A program made the translations under genes and the position numbers. Positions 1-11,500 of a stretch of 39,682 bases of DNA are shown here, one piece after another. The stretch is from Basidioascus undulatus (taxonomy: Eukaryota): the NCBI GenBank assembly GCA_000826855.1, contig JTLS01000035.1, positions 1 through 39,682 of the forward strand, read 5' to 3'. Under the pieces are notes generated by a model. It was given only the letters and a program-made list of their open reading frames with translations, had not been told where the DNA came from and made no database searches. Every line of letters starts with the position of its first letter. The first letter of the stretch is position 1.

Positions 1-953
1 TGCGGAGTGGGGGAGGACGGAGGGCAGACGGACCGGAGAAGACCCGAAGGAGGGAGCCGGAGGACACGTCGAAGACGTATGCCTGGCCTGTTTGGGTGCC
101 AGCGACTAGGTACCGTCCGTCGGGACTCTGTGCGCCCGGCCCACAAGCAGATCAGCCCAGCCCAGCACAGTGCACGCAGGACAACACACGTATTCCAGGC
201 TCATAACAAACGCGGGCTTCCCCATCTCGAGCGCGCCGAGCGGCGCGCCGAACACGGGGTCTTCGGGCGTCTGCGGCTCGAGGGTCGAGGTAGAGTGGAC
301 GGAGAGATACGTCGAGGAGGGGGAGGAGGAGGACGCGGCGTAGTGGGAGGTGGAGGGGTGGAGGGCGGTCCGCCAGGGGGAGAAGCCTTCTGCCCCCGCC
401 GTTTGCCTGCTGGTGAGTCTGTGGTAGGAAGAAGATAGGTGGGATGGGGAGGAGTAGCGCACCTTGCGCCTCCAACCGCGCACGCGTCAGCCCCGCCTCG
501 AGGTCCACGAGCGCAACCGTCCCGTCCAGGGAGTTGGTGAGAGCGAGCGCGGGGGCGGTAGGGTGCGGGGAAGTGGAGAGGGAGACGAGTGCGAGCGGGG
601 AGGGCTGGAGGGTGTGTCGGTACTCGGCTGTTGGGCCGTCCCTTCATCCCCACCACGATCAACTCCCTTGCTCTACGGTTAAGGATACCCAACGGGCGCA
701 CCAGATCTTGAGCTGCCCGTCTGCGCCTGCGGAGACGACTGCGCCCGAGCCGGACCACCGGACAGACCAGACCGCGTCGGCTGGATGACGGGACTAGATT
801 AGCGAGGAGGAAAGGAGGAGGGGAGGGAGACGGACTGTGGTTGTGCGGTGACTCGGACGTGTCCGCTTGGGCTATGAATTGTTGGGACTGCTCGTCGCGG
901 GAGGTTCAGTAAACATTCGTATAGATCCAAGGTGAACGTGAAGGACTCGCCAT
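1..953 (-). CDS. SKI8: WD40-repeat protein, Ski8/Rec14/WDR61 family (5' part; runs off the window start)
   Basis: Manual splicing gives MSQQFIAQADTSESPHNHTDAVWSVRWSGSGAVVSAGADGQLKIWDGPTAEYRHTLQPSPLALVSL...NSLDGTVALVDLE...FSPWRTALHP...MGKPAFVMSLEYSPDGRYLVAGTQTGQAYVFDV. These are tandem WD40 repeats matching the Rec14/Ski8 pattern (cf. KGKFGLCIDYSPNGRFIVSGHQTGQ). Confidence 0.8.
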
Positions 954-1139
954 AGCTGCGACGTGAAGGTGTTGAAGCGAGAAGGCAGACGTCACTGGGC
1001 GGTCTCCTTGACAGACTGCCTTTCGGCGACCGCAGAATACCTAACACCGAAATGCGACGCCTACCGCGACCTCCCGGATAGCACGCGGAGCTGGCTAGTA
1101 CGTGTTCCTGAACCTCAACCTCACCGCCTCACGTTGAAC

Positions 1140-2139
1140 ATGACCGAGGTGTACGCCTCTACTTCCGCGCAGCCCAACGGCGACGCGACGCCGGACGATG
1201 TCCGACAGCACTTTAGCACTTTCACTGTGGGGAAGCTCGGTGCGTCGCGCTGGCGTCCGTGGCTCGAGACGCATGCTGACGCTGCGTGGGTGCTGGCACA
1301 GATGCTGGCATGGTGAGCATCGCCGTCCGACTGTCTGGCGTGGAAGCCGTGACTGAGCTTGACCTTGCGACAGGCGATCCTGATCGGCGAGCGCGCCTCG
1401 CTCATCGAGTTCCCCTCCCTCCTACTGCCCCCCGGCGTGACAGCAGGCAGCATCGTGAACATCGCGGTGCACCGGAACGTGCCCGCCGAGCGCGCGCACG
1501 CGTCGGCCTTCTGGCAGCTCCAGCGCGAGATCCTCGACACGTACGGGATCGAGACGCCCCAGGCGCCGGTGCTCACAGTGCGCAACGTCACGCAGACGAG
1601 CGTCGCGCTCGAGTGGGAGCCCCTCCAGCTCGCGACCGCCAAGCTCCGCAGCTTGGACATCTACCGCAATGGACAGAGGCTCGCGGCGATCCCGAATCCG
1701 GGGCATAATGTCACTAGTGCGTGTCTGTCTACGTTGTGGGGAGGGAGGAGAGATTGATGGAACTTTGGTTGGAACAGCCAAGCTCTCCGGCCTAGCGCTC
1801 TCAACCGAATATACGTTCCACCTCGTCCTGCGCACGACAGCGGGCACCTTCCCCTCCGAGGTCCTCCGCGTCAAGACGCACGCGATCACAGACACGTCCG
1901 GCATCAGCGTATGCTTTGGGCCCGTCGCGGACGCGGACCTCCTCGCGGCCGCGAAGGACGCGGTCGGCGAGATGGGCGCGCGCTGGAGCGAGCGCGTCAC
2001 GATCGACACGACGCACTACGTGTGCACTACCCCCGGCGGGGGGGTTGCGGGACCGAGCGTCGAGTACCAGAAGGCACTTCAGGCGAGCATCCCGGTTGTG
2101 CAGCCTCAGTGGATTCTGGCGTGCCACCAGGAGAAGAAG
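1140..2139 (+). CDS. CHS5: Chitin biosynthesis / exomer protein Chs5 (N-terminal domain, FN3, BRCT); 3' end apparently missing
   Basis: FTVGKL|DAGM|AILIGERASLIEFPSLLLPPGVTAGSIVNI is the Chs5 N-terminal signature (11-nt exon 1302-1312). It is followed by FN3 (VRNVTQTSVALEWEPLQLATAKLRSLDIYRNG...KLSGL) and BRCT (TIDTTHYVCT...IPVVQPQWILAC). GTGCGT donor at 2140. Confidence 0.92.
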
Positions 2140-2180
2140 TGCGTCTCCTCCCTCCGTTTCCTCTTCTCCTGTTCCCACCT

Positions 2181-2193
2181 CCCCCCCCCCCCC
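2181..2193. repeat. 13-nt poly-C homopolymer at the CHS5 / Vps51-like junction
   Basis: Read directly from the sequence. Confidence 0.95.
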
Positions 2194-2474
2194 ATGCCTC
2201 TGACAACGCCAACTCACCGCCTCCCCCACCCGCCTCCCCCACATCTCCCACATCCCGACGCCCCGACACCCTCAAGCTCCTGGGCAAGATCGCCGGGCTG
2301 CCGGACAGGCTGGCGGAGCTCCTCGATGCGGGTGAGCGCGAACGCGCGCGCGCGCTGTGGGAGAGGCGCGGGAAGGTCGTGCGAGGATGGGAGGAGCGGG
2401 GTGTGCGCGGCGCGAGAGAAATCATGGAAGAGTGCGAGGAGGTGTTGAGGGCTGCGGAGGACGTGGACAGCTAG
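2194..2474 (+). CDS. Orphan 3' coding fragment resembling the C-terminus of fungal Vps51 (GARP subunit)
   Basis: IAGLPDRLAELLDAGERERARALWERRGKVVRGWEERGVRGAREIMEECEEVL* resembles, from recall, the LPxRL...G...A...W...W...GV.G...C helical tail of small fungal Vps51 proteins. No start codon or N-terminal domain is present upstream. Confidence 0.5.
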
Positions 2475-2650
2475 GGAGGGGCGGCGCATTCGCCGGCGCA
2501 GGCATTCTTCTTTTTCTTTCATTTTGTATCTCAGCTTTCGACGCATTTCGATACCCCCATGACCCCCATGCATGCACTACGCGCACACACTGCTAGACCT
2601 GCGCGGAAGTGCGGATGCGTGTCTTCGACAAACTCGTCAATCCACCTCCC

Positions 2651-4257
2651 TCACCCATCCCGCCGCTCCGACTCCCTCTCCCTCTCCGGATCCCGCTGCG
2701 GCCGCGGAAGACCAACCGCAGGCGACGGTCGGCTGAGTACGCCAAAGGGCGAGCTCATTGCCGCCGCGGAGCCCGTCGCGCGGAGGGAGTTGCCCTGGCG
2801 TGCGGGGAGTGAGGGGATCGCGAAGCCGTCCCTCCCCCCGGCGGCGGCTGTTCGTTGTTGGCGCCGCTCGCCACGTGGGAGAAGCGTTGGGAGCGAGGCG
2901 GTATGTGCTGATGCGCTCGACGCCCAAGGCACGGCGGCCACGGCTAAAGGTGCCGAGCCTGCCCCGTCCGCCCACGGCGCCCTAGTCCCCACCGCCGCGC
3001 CTCCACCGGGCGCTTCCTCCAGCATTCTTCCCTCCTTCCCCTCTTTCGCTACTCCCATCCCCTCCTCCGCCTCCCATGGTAACAGCCCGCCGAAAACGAC
3101 GTGCTGCATAACGACGCGTTTCCGGAGCACCTCCGCGTCGTACATCTTCAGCATGCCCGAGTTGACCTTGGCCCAGCGCGCGACGGTCGTCGCGATGCTG
3201 TGCAGCTGCGGACTATGTTCGTGCCATGGCCCGCGCTTGAATTGCGCGATGCGCGAGATGTTTTGCGTGTAGAGGTTGATCGTAGGTGAGGGGACGGGCG
3301 GGTCGGCGAGGGAGAGGTGGGGCGGGGATTGGGATGCTGTGCGGGCAGGAGGGGGTCGGTTAGCGAGGCAACGCAGGAAAGGAGGGATGTGAGGGGAGGA
3401 GGACGAACACCGGACTTGCGCAGACCCAAAGATGTACGGCACAAAGCAGTAATCGTCGAGCCCCCAGACACCGTGGCTCCCCGCCGGCTCGAGCTTGTAC
3501 GTGCTCTCGAGCCTGAAGCAGACATCGAGATACCGCGCCAAGACGCGGAGGACGAGCGCGCGCTCTTCCTCCGCCGCCTGCTGCGTGAATCCTAGCTCGT
3601 GCAGCCCGAGGAGGAAAAGGAGGAAAGGCACCTCGTGCCCGGACCCATAGTCGATGCGAACGAACGAGCCGAAGGAGGCGAGGAGGTAGGGCGTGAGGTG
3701 GGGGATCGCGGGGCGTAGGGACTTGGGGAGGAGGGTGGAGAGGAGGGTGGGGGCGCGCTGCGGCGGATGGAGGGGAGGAAGGGGTGAGGAAGGGGTGAGG
3801 GCGTGGTGGGAAAGGCAAGGGACGGACCTCTTCGAGTCTTGCGCCCCAGTCACGGAATGCGAGGTTCCCGAATCGCTGGGGTGTAGGCTTAGGCGGGATG
3901 TCGGTCGTCCATCTGTCGAGCTCGTCCAGCATCGCGAGCAGCTTGCGGATCGGCTGTTGTACACCGCCCACCCACTTCCCCCATCAGTCTTCTCCCTTCA
4001 TTTCTTCATATCATCGCTTTGTCCAGGACCAAAACACTCACCTCGCTCACCCCCTCCTCAATCACCTTGTCCGGCAGCGGCGTATCCACCACCGCCTCAT
4101 TGAGCGTCCGCACAAAGAGCGTATACCGCGCGTACGCCTTCGAGCGCAGGAAGACCGGCATGTCCTCCTCTGTGAAGATGCGCCGCTGCGGGAGCGGCGC
4201 CAAGACAAGCTCGGATATTGGGATGTGCGGGAGAGGTGGGAGCGCGGGGGAGCTCAT
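2651..4257 (-). CDS. Serine/threonine phosphatase 2A activator (PTPA, Rrd1/Rrd2/Ypa family)
   Basis: Family motifs PQRFGNLAFRDW, SFGSFVRIDYGSGHE, YKLEPAGSHGVWGLDDYCFVPYIFGSAQ, KRGPWHEHSPQL and GMLKMYDAEVLRKRVVMQH; three GT-AG introns; low-complexity C-terminal tail. Confidence 0.95.
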
Positions 4258-4589
4258 GGTTCGTTGGTGAGGGTTGGGAGGGGATGATGGTCGGAGGGCA
4301 ACAGAAGGACGCGAAGGACGAGAGTAGACGTCATTTCCAGCCTGCGACTGTCGCTTTCACAAATGCAGTGTCAGAAAGACTGTCTTTTTCTGGCGATGTA
4401 GCTTTTCTCGAATATTCAACTACAAGATCCAGCAACGTCATTAGATGAGGTACGGTGACTGCTGGGCCAGGAGTGCCATGACAGACAGCTGTTCTTCATA
4501 GCACAAACCTCCAATTTGAATAACACGAACGCGAGTATTTTACAGCCTCAACCCGTCCTAAGGAACAGCAATCCCACCCATAGAGCTTC

Positions 4590-5832
4590 TTATTTCCCCC
4601 CTCCCTCCGACCCCGGGGAGCTAGGCACAGGCAAGCTCTTCCTCCTGCGGCTCCTCAAGCTCGTGCTCCTCCCACTGCTCGAACCACTTCCGCCGCTACC
4701 CACAGTCTCAAACGTCACGGCCTGCAGGACTCTCCGCCCCGACGAGGGCGAGGGCGGGGCGCTCGCCTCCCTCCCAGACTGCCCCGGGAGCGGCGGGGCC
4801 GTCTCGCGTTTGCGGGAAGAGCGGACGATACTGCGTTGCTGTTCTTTCAGCGACGAGCGTTTCGGTGTGCGCGAGGTGAGAGGAGACGAACATGTGCGAG
4901 AGAGATTTGGGCCTTTTGTGCTTTGCCAGCGGTGCGCTGGCCGGCGGGGATGCGGGAATGGAAGGGAGCGGCTTGTCGGGCACTGGCGGGGCAGAGTGCG
5001 GCCTGCGTTCGGTCGAGCTGCTTGTGGGCCCATACCGCTTGACAATCTTCCAGACCTCATCGACGCCCCTTATCCGCTTCACATCCTCCTTTTTTTCCCC
5101 TATTCCTCCTCCGCACGGAAGTTTCATCATTCCTAAGCTTCGGCAGAAGGCAGGACACGCAACGCACCGAAAAAGGCCGCCTCCAGCTCCCGCACTGCGT
5201 CCTGCTCGCCTATCGAGGCCGGCGAGAACTCCCGGACACTGAACTGGACGAGCGTACTCAGGTGAGCTATGTAGATCGTCAAGAGCGAATCCAGATCCGC
5301 CTGCGGAGTGGGACGCGGGGATGGAGGAGTTTCTGTCCCCTCAGGCGCAGCGTCGCTTTCAGTTCCAACGCCGGATGAAGTGCAGTGCAGGACATTCATT
5401 CCTCCATGTGAAGGAACTGCGCACCTCCAAACACTTCCAGCCATACACGATCCACTACCGAGCTAAAGGTCTCAGTACCTCCGTCCTCCGCCGCCAGCTT
5501 CTCTCACCCACGAAGTTCGGCGCAGGTACGTACGTACCTTCTCGGATCCACCCCTTGGTCTCCCCCGCCAACTCCCGTTCCGCCCGCTCCTCCCTCCTCC
5601 GCATCCGCTTTACTGCCACCCAGTCCACGAGCACGACGTTTGCGCGGCGTGCCTCGTTCGCGAGGAGCGCGGTGCGCTGGAGGGCGAGGAGGTGGTGCAT
5701 TACATGCGAGAGGAGGTGTAGGCGCTGGAGGATGATGTTGTTCTTGGTGTCGATAGGAAGCGGGGAGGGAGAGGGAAGTGGGGAGGGCGAGGAGGAGAAC
5801 GTGCGGGAGATAAGGGGGGCAGGTAGGGACAT
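4590..5832 (-). CDS. Hypothetical multi-exon protein of unknown function
   Basis: ORF pieces join in frame across canonical introns: MSLPAPLISR...GWIRE|VDRVWLEVFG|ETPPSP...LEAAFF|GEKKEDVKRIRGVDEVWKIVKRYG...SLSH|IVRSSRKRE...GGGK*. No family recognised. Confidence 0.6.
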
Positions 5833-6227
5833 ATTGGCAGTTTGGAGGCGTGAAGTCTTGTGGAGTTTGAGCAAGCTGCAGACTGCGATAAATGCGGTTG
5901 CACGTCAGGAGGAAAATGACTAGATGGAGGCAGACCAGAAAGTGGGAGGCCAAGGAATGTCGATGGAACGCAACAAAACGACTTCTCAAACAGCGACAGA
6001 GACGGAGCAGCAACTCGACCTAGAAACGGCACGAAACGGCGTCCGAACGGGCCGATGCATTCTGAGTGAATGCCTGTAAACGCCGTTTTGACAAGTTTTC
6101 AACTTTTGTTTCACGTCAACAGATTGCAAACATCCTTGAAAGGTATCGACCCGAACGGGGAAAATGTGCATGTCCAGGCCAGCTTATCAAGCTCAAAGCC
6201 GGTCCTTCATCTCTTCTTCGCGCGCAT

Positions 6228-8212
6228 TCAAGCCTTCTGCGCGGGAGCGTACCCGGCCTCCGCCAGCGCCTCCTGCACAGCCTGCAGCAGCCTGTCGACG
6301 TCCCCGCGCTCGGGGCGGACGACCGTCTCGCCCATCGTGCCTATCCGGAAGTACGTCGCCGCGCACGCGCGGTGCAGCCCGCCGGCGGCGACGACGCCCT
6401 TGGCCGCGAGCTTCGGGAGCACGTCCGTCGCCTTCAGGCCCTCGGGGAAGAGCACGGTCGTCATGCCGTTGGCGCGGTAGCCGGGCTCGCTGGCGAGCTG
6501 GAGGGAGAGCGGAGACGTATCAGATGTGCACCCAGAGAATGAAATCGATACTGGTCGAACCTGCTTCAACCCGAGGTCCTCCACAAACTTCTTCACTCGT
6601 GCGCTAACCTCCTTGTGCTTCGCGAACCGCTCCTCGAGGGTGGGCTTGCCGGCGGTGATAGCCTTAAGCGAGGTGTGGAGGGCAAAGACGACTGCGAGAC
6701 GGCACTTCATCAGTTCCCTGTTAATCTGCGCAAGAGAGGATGAAAAGCTCACGCTGGACGGGAGGGGTAGCGAAGTACGCGGCGTTGCCAGCCTCGTACG
6801 CCTTCATGATAGGGATCCACCTACGCCAGTTCTATCATGCCCAAGAAGTCAGTATTAGCCTTTAGCGCAGGTAGTGAACGCTATTAAAACCTACGGCGAA
6901 GTAGGACGTCGCAGGCGCCTTGCGGTCAGCGTTGACCTGAATAGCGCGCTGAGAGGCCCAGACGAGGGAGAGACCGGGCGGGCAGCCGATGCCCTTTTGC
7001 GAGGCAGACACAATAACCTGCGGAAACCCGACATCTTCAGCTTGAGCGCGATTTTCAACAAAGGCGAGGGAAGGCAGACGCACGTCGATGTTCCACTCGT
7101 CCATCCTGATCTCCTCGCTCGCGACGGAGCACACGCCGTCGAGGACGACGAGCGTGTCAGGCGAGAACTTGCGCACGAGCTGGCCGATCGCCTTGGCGTC
7201 GGAGAGTACGCCGGTGGAAGTGTCGACGCTGTGAGTCGTGGGACCGTTTTCGATCAGCTCGTCCAAGAGGCAGGGCCAGTATGAAAGTAGGACGCACTGG
7301 GTGAACGTGACCAGCTTGTACTTCTTCGCTTTCAGCTTCTCCCGGACCTCGTTGAGATCCGCGGCCTTCCCGACGGGCGCAACGACCTGGTCCACCTTCG
7401 CCCCGTACGTCTCCAAGCAAAGCGCGAACTACCCTCGCAGCATCAGCCCTTCACGAATGTGCGCCCGAGCAAGTCAAATTACCACTCACCTCGTCCCCAA
7501 AGTAGCCGGAGTTCAGCACAAGCACGTCCTCGCCCGGCTCCACCAAGTTGGATGCCGTTTGATCCCTGTCCCCCATGCGACGCATGCGTGAGCCGCATGT
7601 TCCCCCTTGGGTTCCGCGCGTGAAGCAAAGAGAGAAGACGCACCACCCAAGCGTGCCCGAGCCAGCGATGATGAAGGGCTGGGCGTCCTCGGTGTAGACG
7701 ACCTGGCGCATCATCTTGATGCTCTCGCCGAAAGCGGGGATGAAAGCGGGGCCGACATGAGAGCTGTAGGCGGTGTTTCCTTTCGGTCAGCTCCACGTCT
7801 CCCATGTTGTAGGCAACCGGGCAGTCGACGTACACAGAGGGGCGGGCGTTGGCATAGAGGACCTGCGTTTCGCACGGCCGACCTTATCAGCACTCCCTTC
7901 CATTTCACTATCGCCTTCTTATCGACAGCGCACCTCATCGGCGACCTCGATAGGGCCACTGCACAACCGCAAGCCATGAGCGATCGGTTAGCCTCAACAC
8001 GTCACGCCAGCTCACTCGCAGGGGCAAGGGCAAAGGGCAACTTACGGGATGACCAAGAGCGGGTGCTCCTTCTGCTTGAACTGGGTAGACATGTTTTTGG
8101 TATCGGGTGTGGAAGTCGATGCTGATGCTGAGGATGCTGTAGTTGATGATGATGGAGCAGAAGCAAGATGAGAAGCTACAGCCTGGAGTCGTTGAACTGC
8201 GCCGGAAGCCAT
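6228..8212 (-). CDS. AGX1: Alanine-glyoxylate / serine-pyruvate aminotransferase (PLP class V)
   Basis: LLVIPGPIEV, IAGSGTLGWDQ, LVLNSGYFG, HVDTSTGVLSD, VVLDGVCSVASEEIRMDEW, PLP-lysine motif SASQKGIGCPPGL, YFRIGTMG. Confidence 0.95.
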
Positions 8213-8296
8213 CGCGTACAAGTCACCACGTGCAGTAGTGTGAAGCGTAGCTCCGAGGGCGGGACTCCGTCGCGTTCGCATCTGCGCGCCGGCCTC

Positions 8297-8302
8297 TTTA
8301 TA
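8297..8302 (-). promoter_or_regulatory. Candidate TATA box for AGX1
   Basis: TATAAA on the minus strand 85 nt upstream of the ATG at 8212, in otherwise GC-rich sequence. Confidence 0.45.
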
Positions 8303-8599
8303 CACTCCCCCGACGCCCCATCCGAATCGTCCATAAGCGCGAAGACCGTCGGCCTGCCCGGGCCGACCGATCTTGCGGCAGCCTCCACCGGGCCACGCAC
8401 TTGCCTACTCGACCAAATCGCCGAAAGGATATGATCTTGCAACTTGAAACACTGGACACTCTGAAGCACAGAATTATGAATGCAAAGATATGATGCGGTT
8501 GGAGATGAATGCAGCGGGAAAGGAGAGCCATCAAGGAAACCCCGGGTCACAGAAAGAAAGCACATCTCGCGACATCAAGAACACATGAAGCCTGATCCA

Positions 8600-11500
8600 T
8601 CAAGACGAGGGCAGAGCAGGCGACTCCTCCGAGGCATCCATCGCCTCGTCCGCAGGCTTGGACTCGTCCTGGCTCGGCGCAGCCTCCTCCTGACTCGCCG
8701 GCTTAGGCGGCACCTGTCGTATGCCGAGCAAGCCAGTGTACTGCGCGATGCCGAACCCGCCCGAGCGGTCGGCCGGGGTGATCGACGAAGCGGGCGTCCC
8801 AGGCGTCGAATCGTAGCCGAGCATGCTCGAGTCGTTGTCGTAGTCCGAGTCCTCGGCGCGCCAGCGCGACTGCCGCGGCGGCTCGTCGTTGTCGTCGATC
8901 ATCTCGTACCCGTCGAGCGAGCGTCCTCCGCTGCTGCCTGCTTCGCCCTCGACGGGCGACACGCCCCGGAACGGCGAGTCGTCTCCGCCCTGCGGCGACG
9001 GCGGCAGATTGTAGTTCGTCTCCGGCATCTCGGTGTACAGCGGCGGGAGCTCGATGTCAGGCTGCGTGTCGAAGTCCGCGCCGCTTTGTCCGGGCAGCTG
9101 CGGGCCGATCAGCGACGGAGTGGAGCTCGAGGGCGAGTGCGGGGCGGAAGAGAGGCCGGGCGCGGCAGGAAGAGAAGAGGTCGTGGCGACGGGGGAGCCA
9201 CTGACAGGAGAGGCTTGCGCCGACTTGCGCAGCACCTCCTCGGCCTTCAGCCGCGCCGCACCGCCGATGGGGCGGGTGGTGCGGCGACGGTAGAAGAGGA
9301 GGTAGGCGGCCGTGGTCTGCAACCATCTCATCGCAGATCAGTTTCCGCGTCTTCATAGACGCAACATGGAAGCCAACACACTTTGACGTTGTCGGCGTCC
9401 ACCTTCGAGACCGAAGAGTCGTCAAAGTGGTGCCAGCTGCCGTCCTCGGTGTTCTTCGCAAAAGCGGTGTAGTGTCCGCCGCCGAGTCCGCCACTGTGGC
9501 ACAACACAAATCTCAATCAGCGTCCGTATCGCTCCACAAGTTGCGGCAGGAAGTACTCACTAGTGGTTGTCGATGGCATACAAGTCATAAACGAGCGGCT
9601 CGTCCGCGTCCTCGATCCCGACGGCCTTCGGATCCTTGCCCTGCAGACGCAGCGACTTGGCGACGTGCCGCTCGCCCACGCGCTCCTCGATGTTGAAGTC
9701 CTCGAGCGGGAAGTCGACAAAGGCGTCGATCTTGTCACGCGAGATGCGCGAGCTCTGCTCCAAAACAGTAGACGTCAGCTACTGAGATCTGGTACAATGC
9801 GATGAGTGAGCGACGACGCACCGAGAAGCGCTTGAGATGGACGACCAGCACGTCAGGGACCTTCCAGAGGTCGAACTTCTTCGTCGCCTGCTGGTGCTTC
9901 TTGCAGTCTGTAGCAACGATCCCAAATTCATCAATCAGTCACGCGCCAACCACGGCGTGAACGAAAGGAAGGACGACGCACTGGAGCAGTACCACAAGTC
10001 ATCCTCGCCGAGCTGCTCCTCCTTGCAGAACTCGTCCATGCACTCCTCGATCGAGATCGCCCGCTTCTTCTTCCCCGCGCCCGCCGTCTGCCTCGCGGCC
10101 GTGACCGCGGGGTCCTCGATGACCTCCCAGTCGAGCTCGAAGCGCGTCTTGTCCTTGTACCCGGTGCCCTGAGACGCGCCGAACAGGTGCTCGTACGCAT
10201 CCTCGGTCCACTCGCAGTGCACGGCGTCGCCGAACCGGAACGCCTTGTACCCGGCCGTCGGGGGCTTGGACGCGGCTGGCGGGGGCGAATCGGGCGGCGT
10301 GGCGGGGAACCCGCCGGGCGTGACAGGGGTGTCGGCGGCCTTCGCCTTCGCGTTGACGCCGTGGCGCTCGCGAAGCTCTTCGATCCACCCGAATCGCTCG
10401 GCGAGGTCCGGCGCGTTGAGCTTGCCGTGGATCCGCCCCTCGGCTATCTCGTCCCGCGACTTGTTGTGGTCGAGCCAGCACATCCTGAACAGGCGCGGGT
10501 CCGGCACGCGCTCGTCCGAGTCCGCCTCGGCGATGTATGCGTCCGCGTCCGCATCCGCAGCCACATCAGCCGCGGCCGGGGCGGGTGACGGAGCACCGGC
10601 CATCTCGACATCGGGAGGAGAGAGCGCGGATTGCGGAGCGGAGGCCGGAACCTCGGTGACGGACGACGCGTCTCCGTTGACGCGGATCTCAGCGACCATC
10701 TCGCCGTCCTCCTGAACCTGGCGTACTTGCGTCACAGACTCGCCCTCGTCGTCCTCGGCCTGGTCGTCTTGCTGCTCGGCGGCCTCGCGCGACTTGAGCT
10801 CGCGCGCCGCGGCAGCAGGGACCCACATCGCCTCGGGAGTATCCGAGTAGCGGCCGTACGCGCGCGTGATGGCAACGCGGATGTCGTCGGGGGTATGCGC
10901 CTGCTCGAGCGGGAGAGCAAGCATGAGCGGGTGGCCAAAGGCTGTCAACGACTTGTAGCTCGAGCCGCCCTCGGGCGTGTAGGCGTGATAGACGGGGAAG
11001 ACGACGTAGCCCGCCTCGTCGATGCGCTTCTGTCGCTCTTTGGACTTGTGGTCCTGCGGGACGTGGATGGGCAGCTCGTAGAAGTACGCGTCGTCGCGGT
11101 CGCCGATTTCCGTCACGGCGTCGTCGTCCTTGTAGACCTTGAAGATCCCGCCGCCGTAGATCTCGGCGCCCCACAACTATTAACCGCCGTTGTCAGCACG
11201 TACGCATAAGAGGAATGAGACTCAGCAGCACCCACATGCGAGGGCTTGACATCAACCAGCTCGCCGATCTTCTTCTTCAGCGCCTTCATGGACGAGTTGA
11301 CGGGCATCTCGATCGAGATCTGCAGACCATCATCAATTCTTAGCGCGACTGTCGCCCTCGCCGCCAACAGGTGATACACGCACCTTGATGCCCTTGTTCG
11401 CGACATCCATCGGGACGAAGTAGATCGCGCGCTGCCACTTCTTCGTGATCGGGAGCGGAAGGGTAAGGTACCTGCAGCAGAGCGTGAGTACCAATCATTC

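Noticed and set aside
8480..9358. Long antisense ORFs (e.g. 8480-9358 +, 31177-32151 -, 2559-3272 +)
   Set aside because: Shadows of high-GC3 coding sequence on the opposite strand, with Arg/Ala/Gly-rich translations and no domains.
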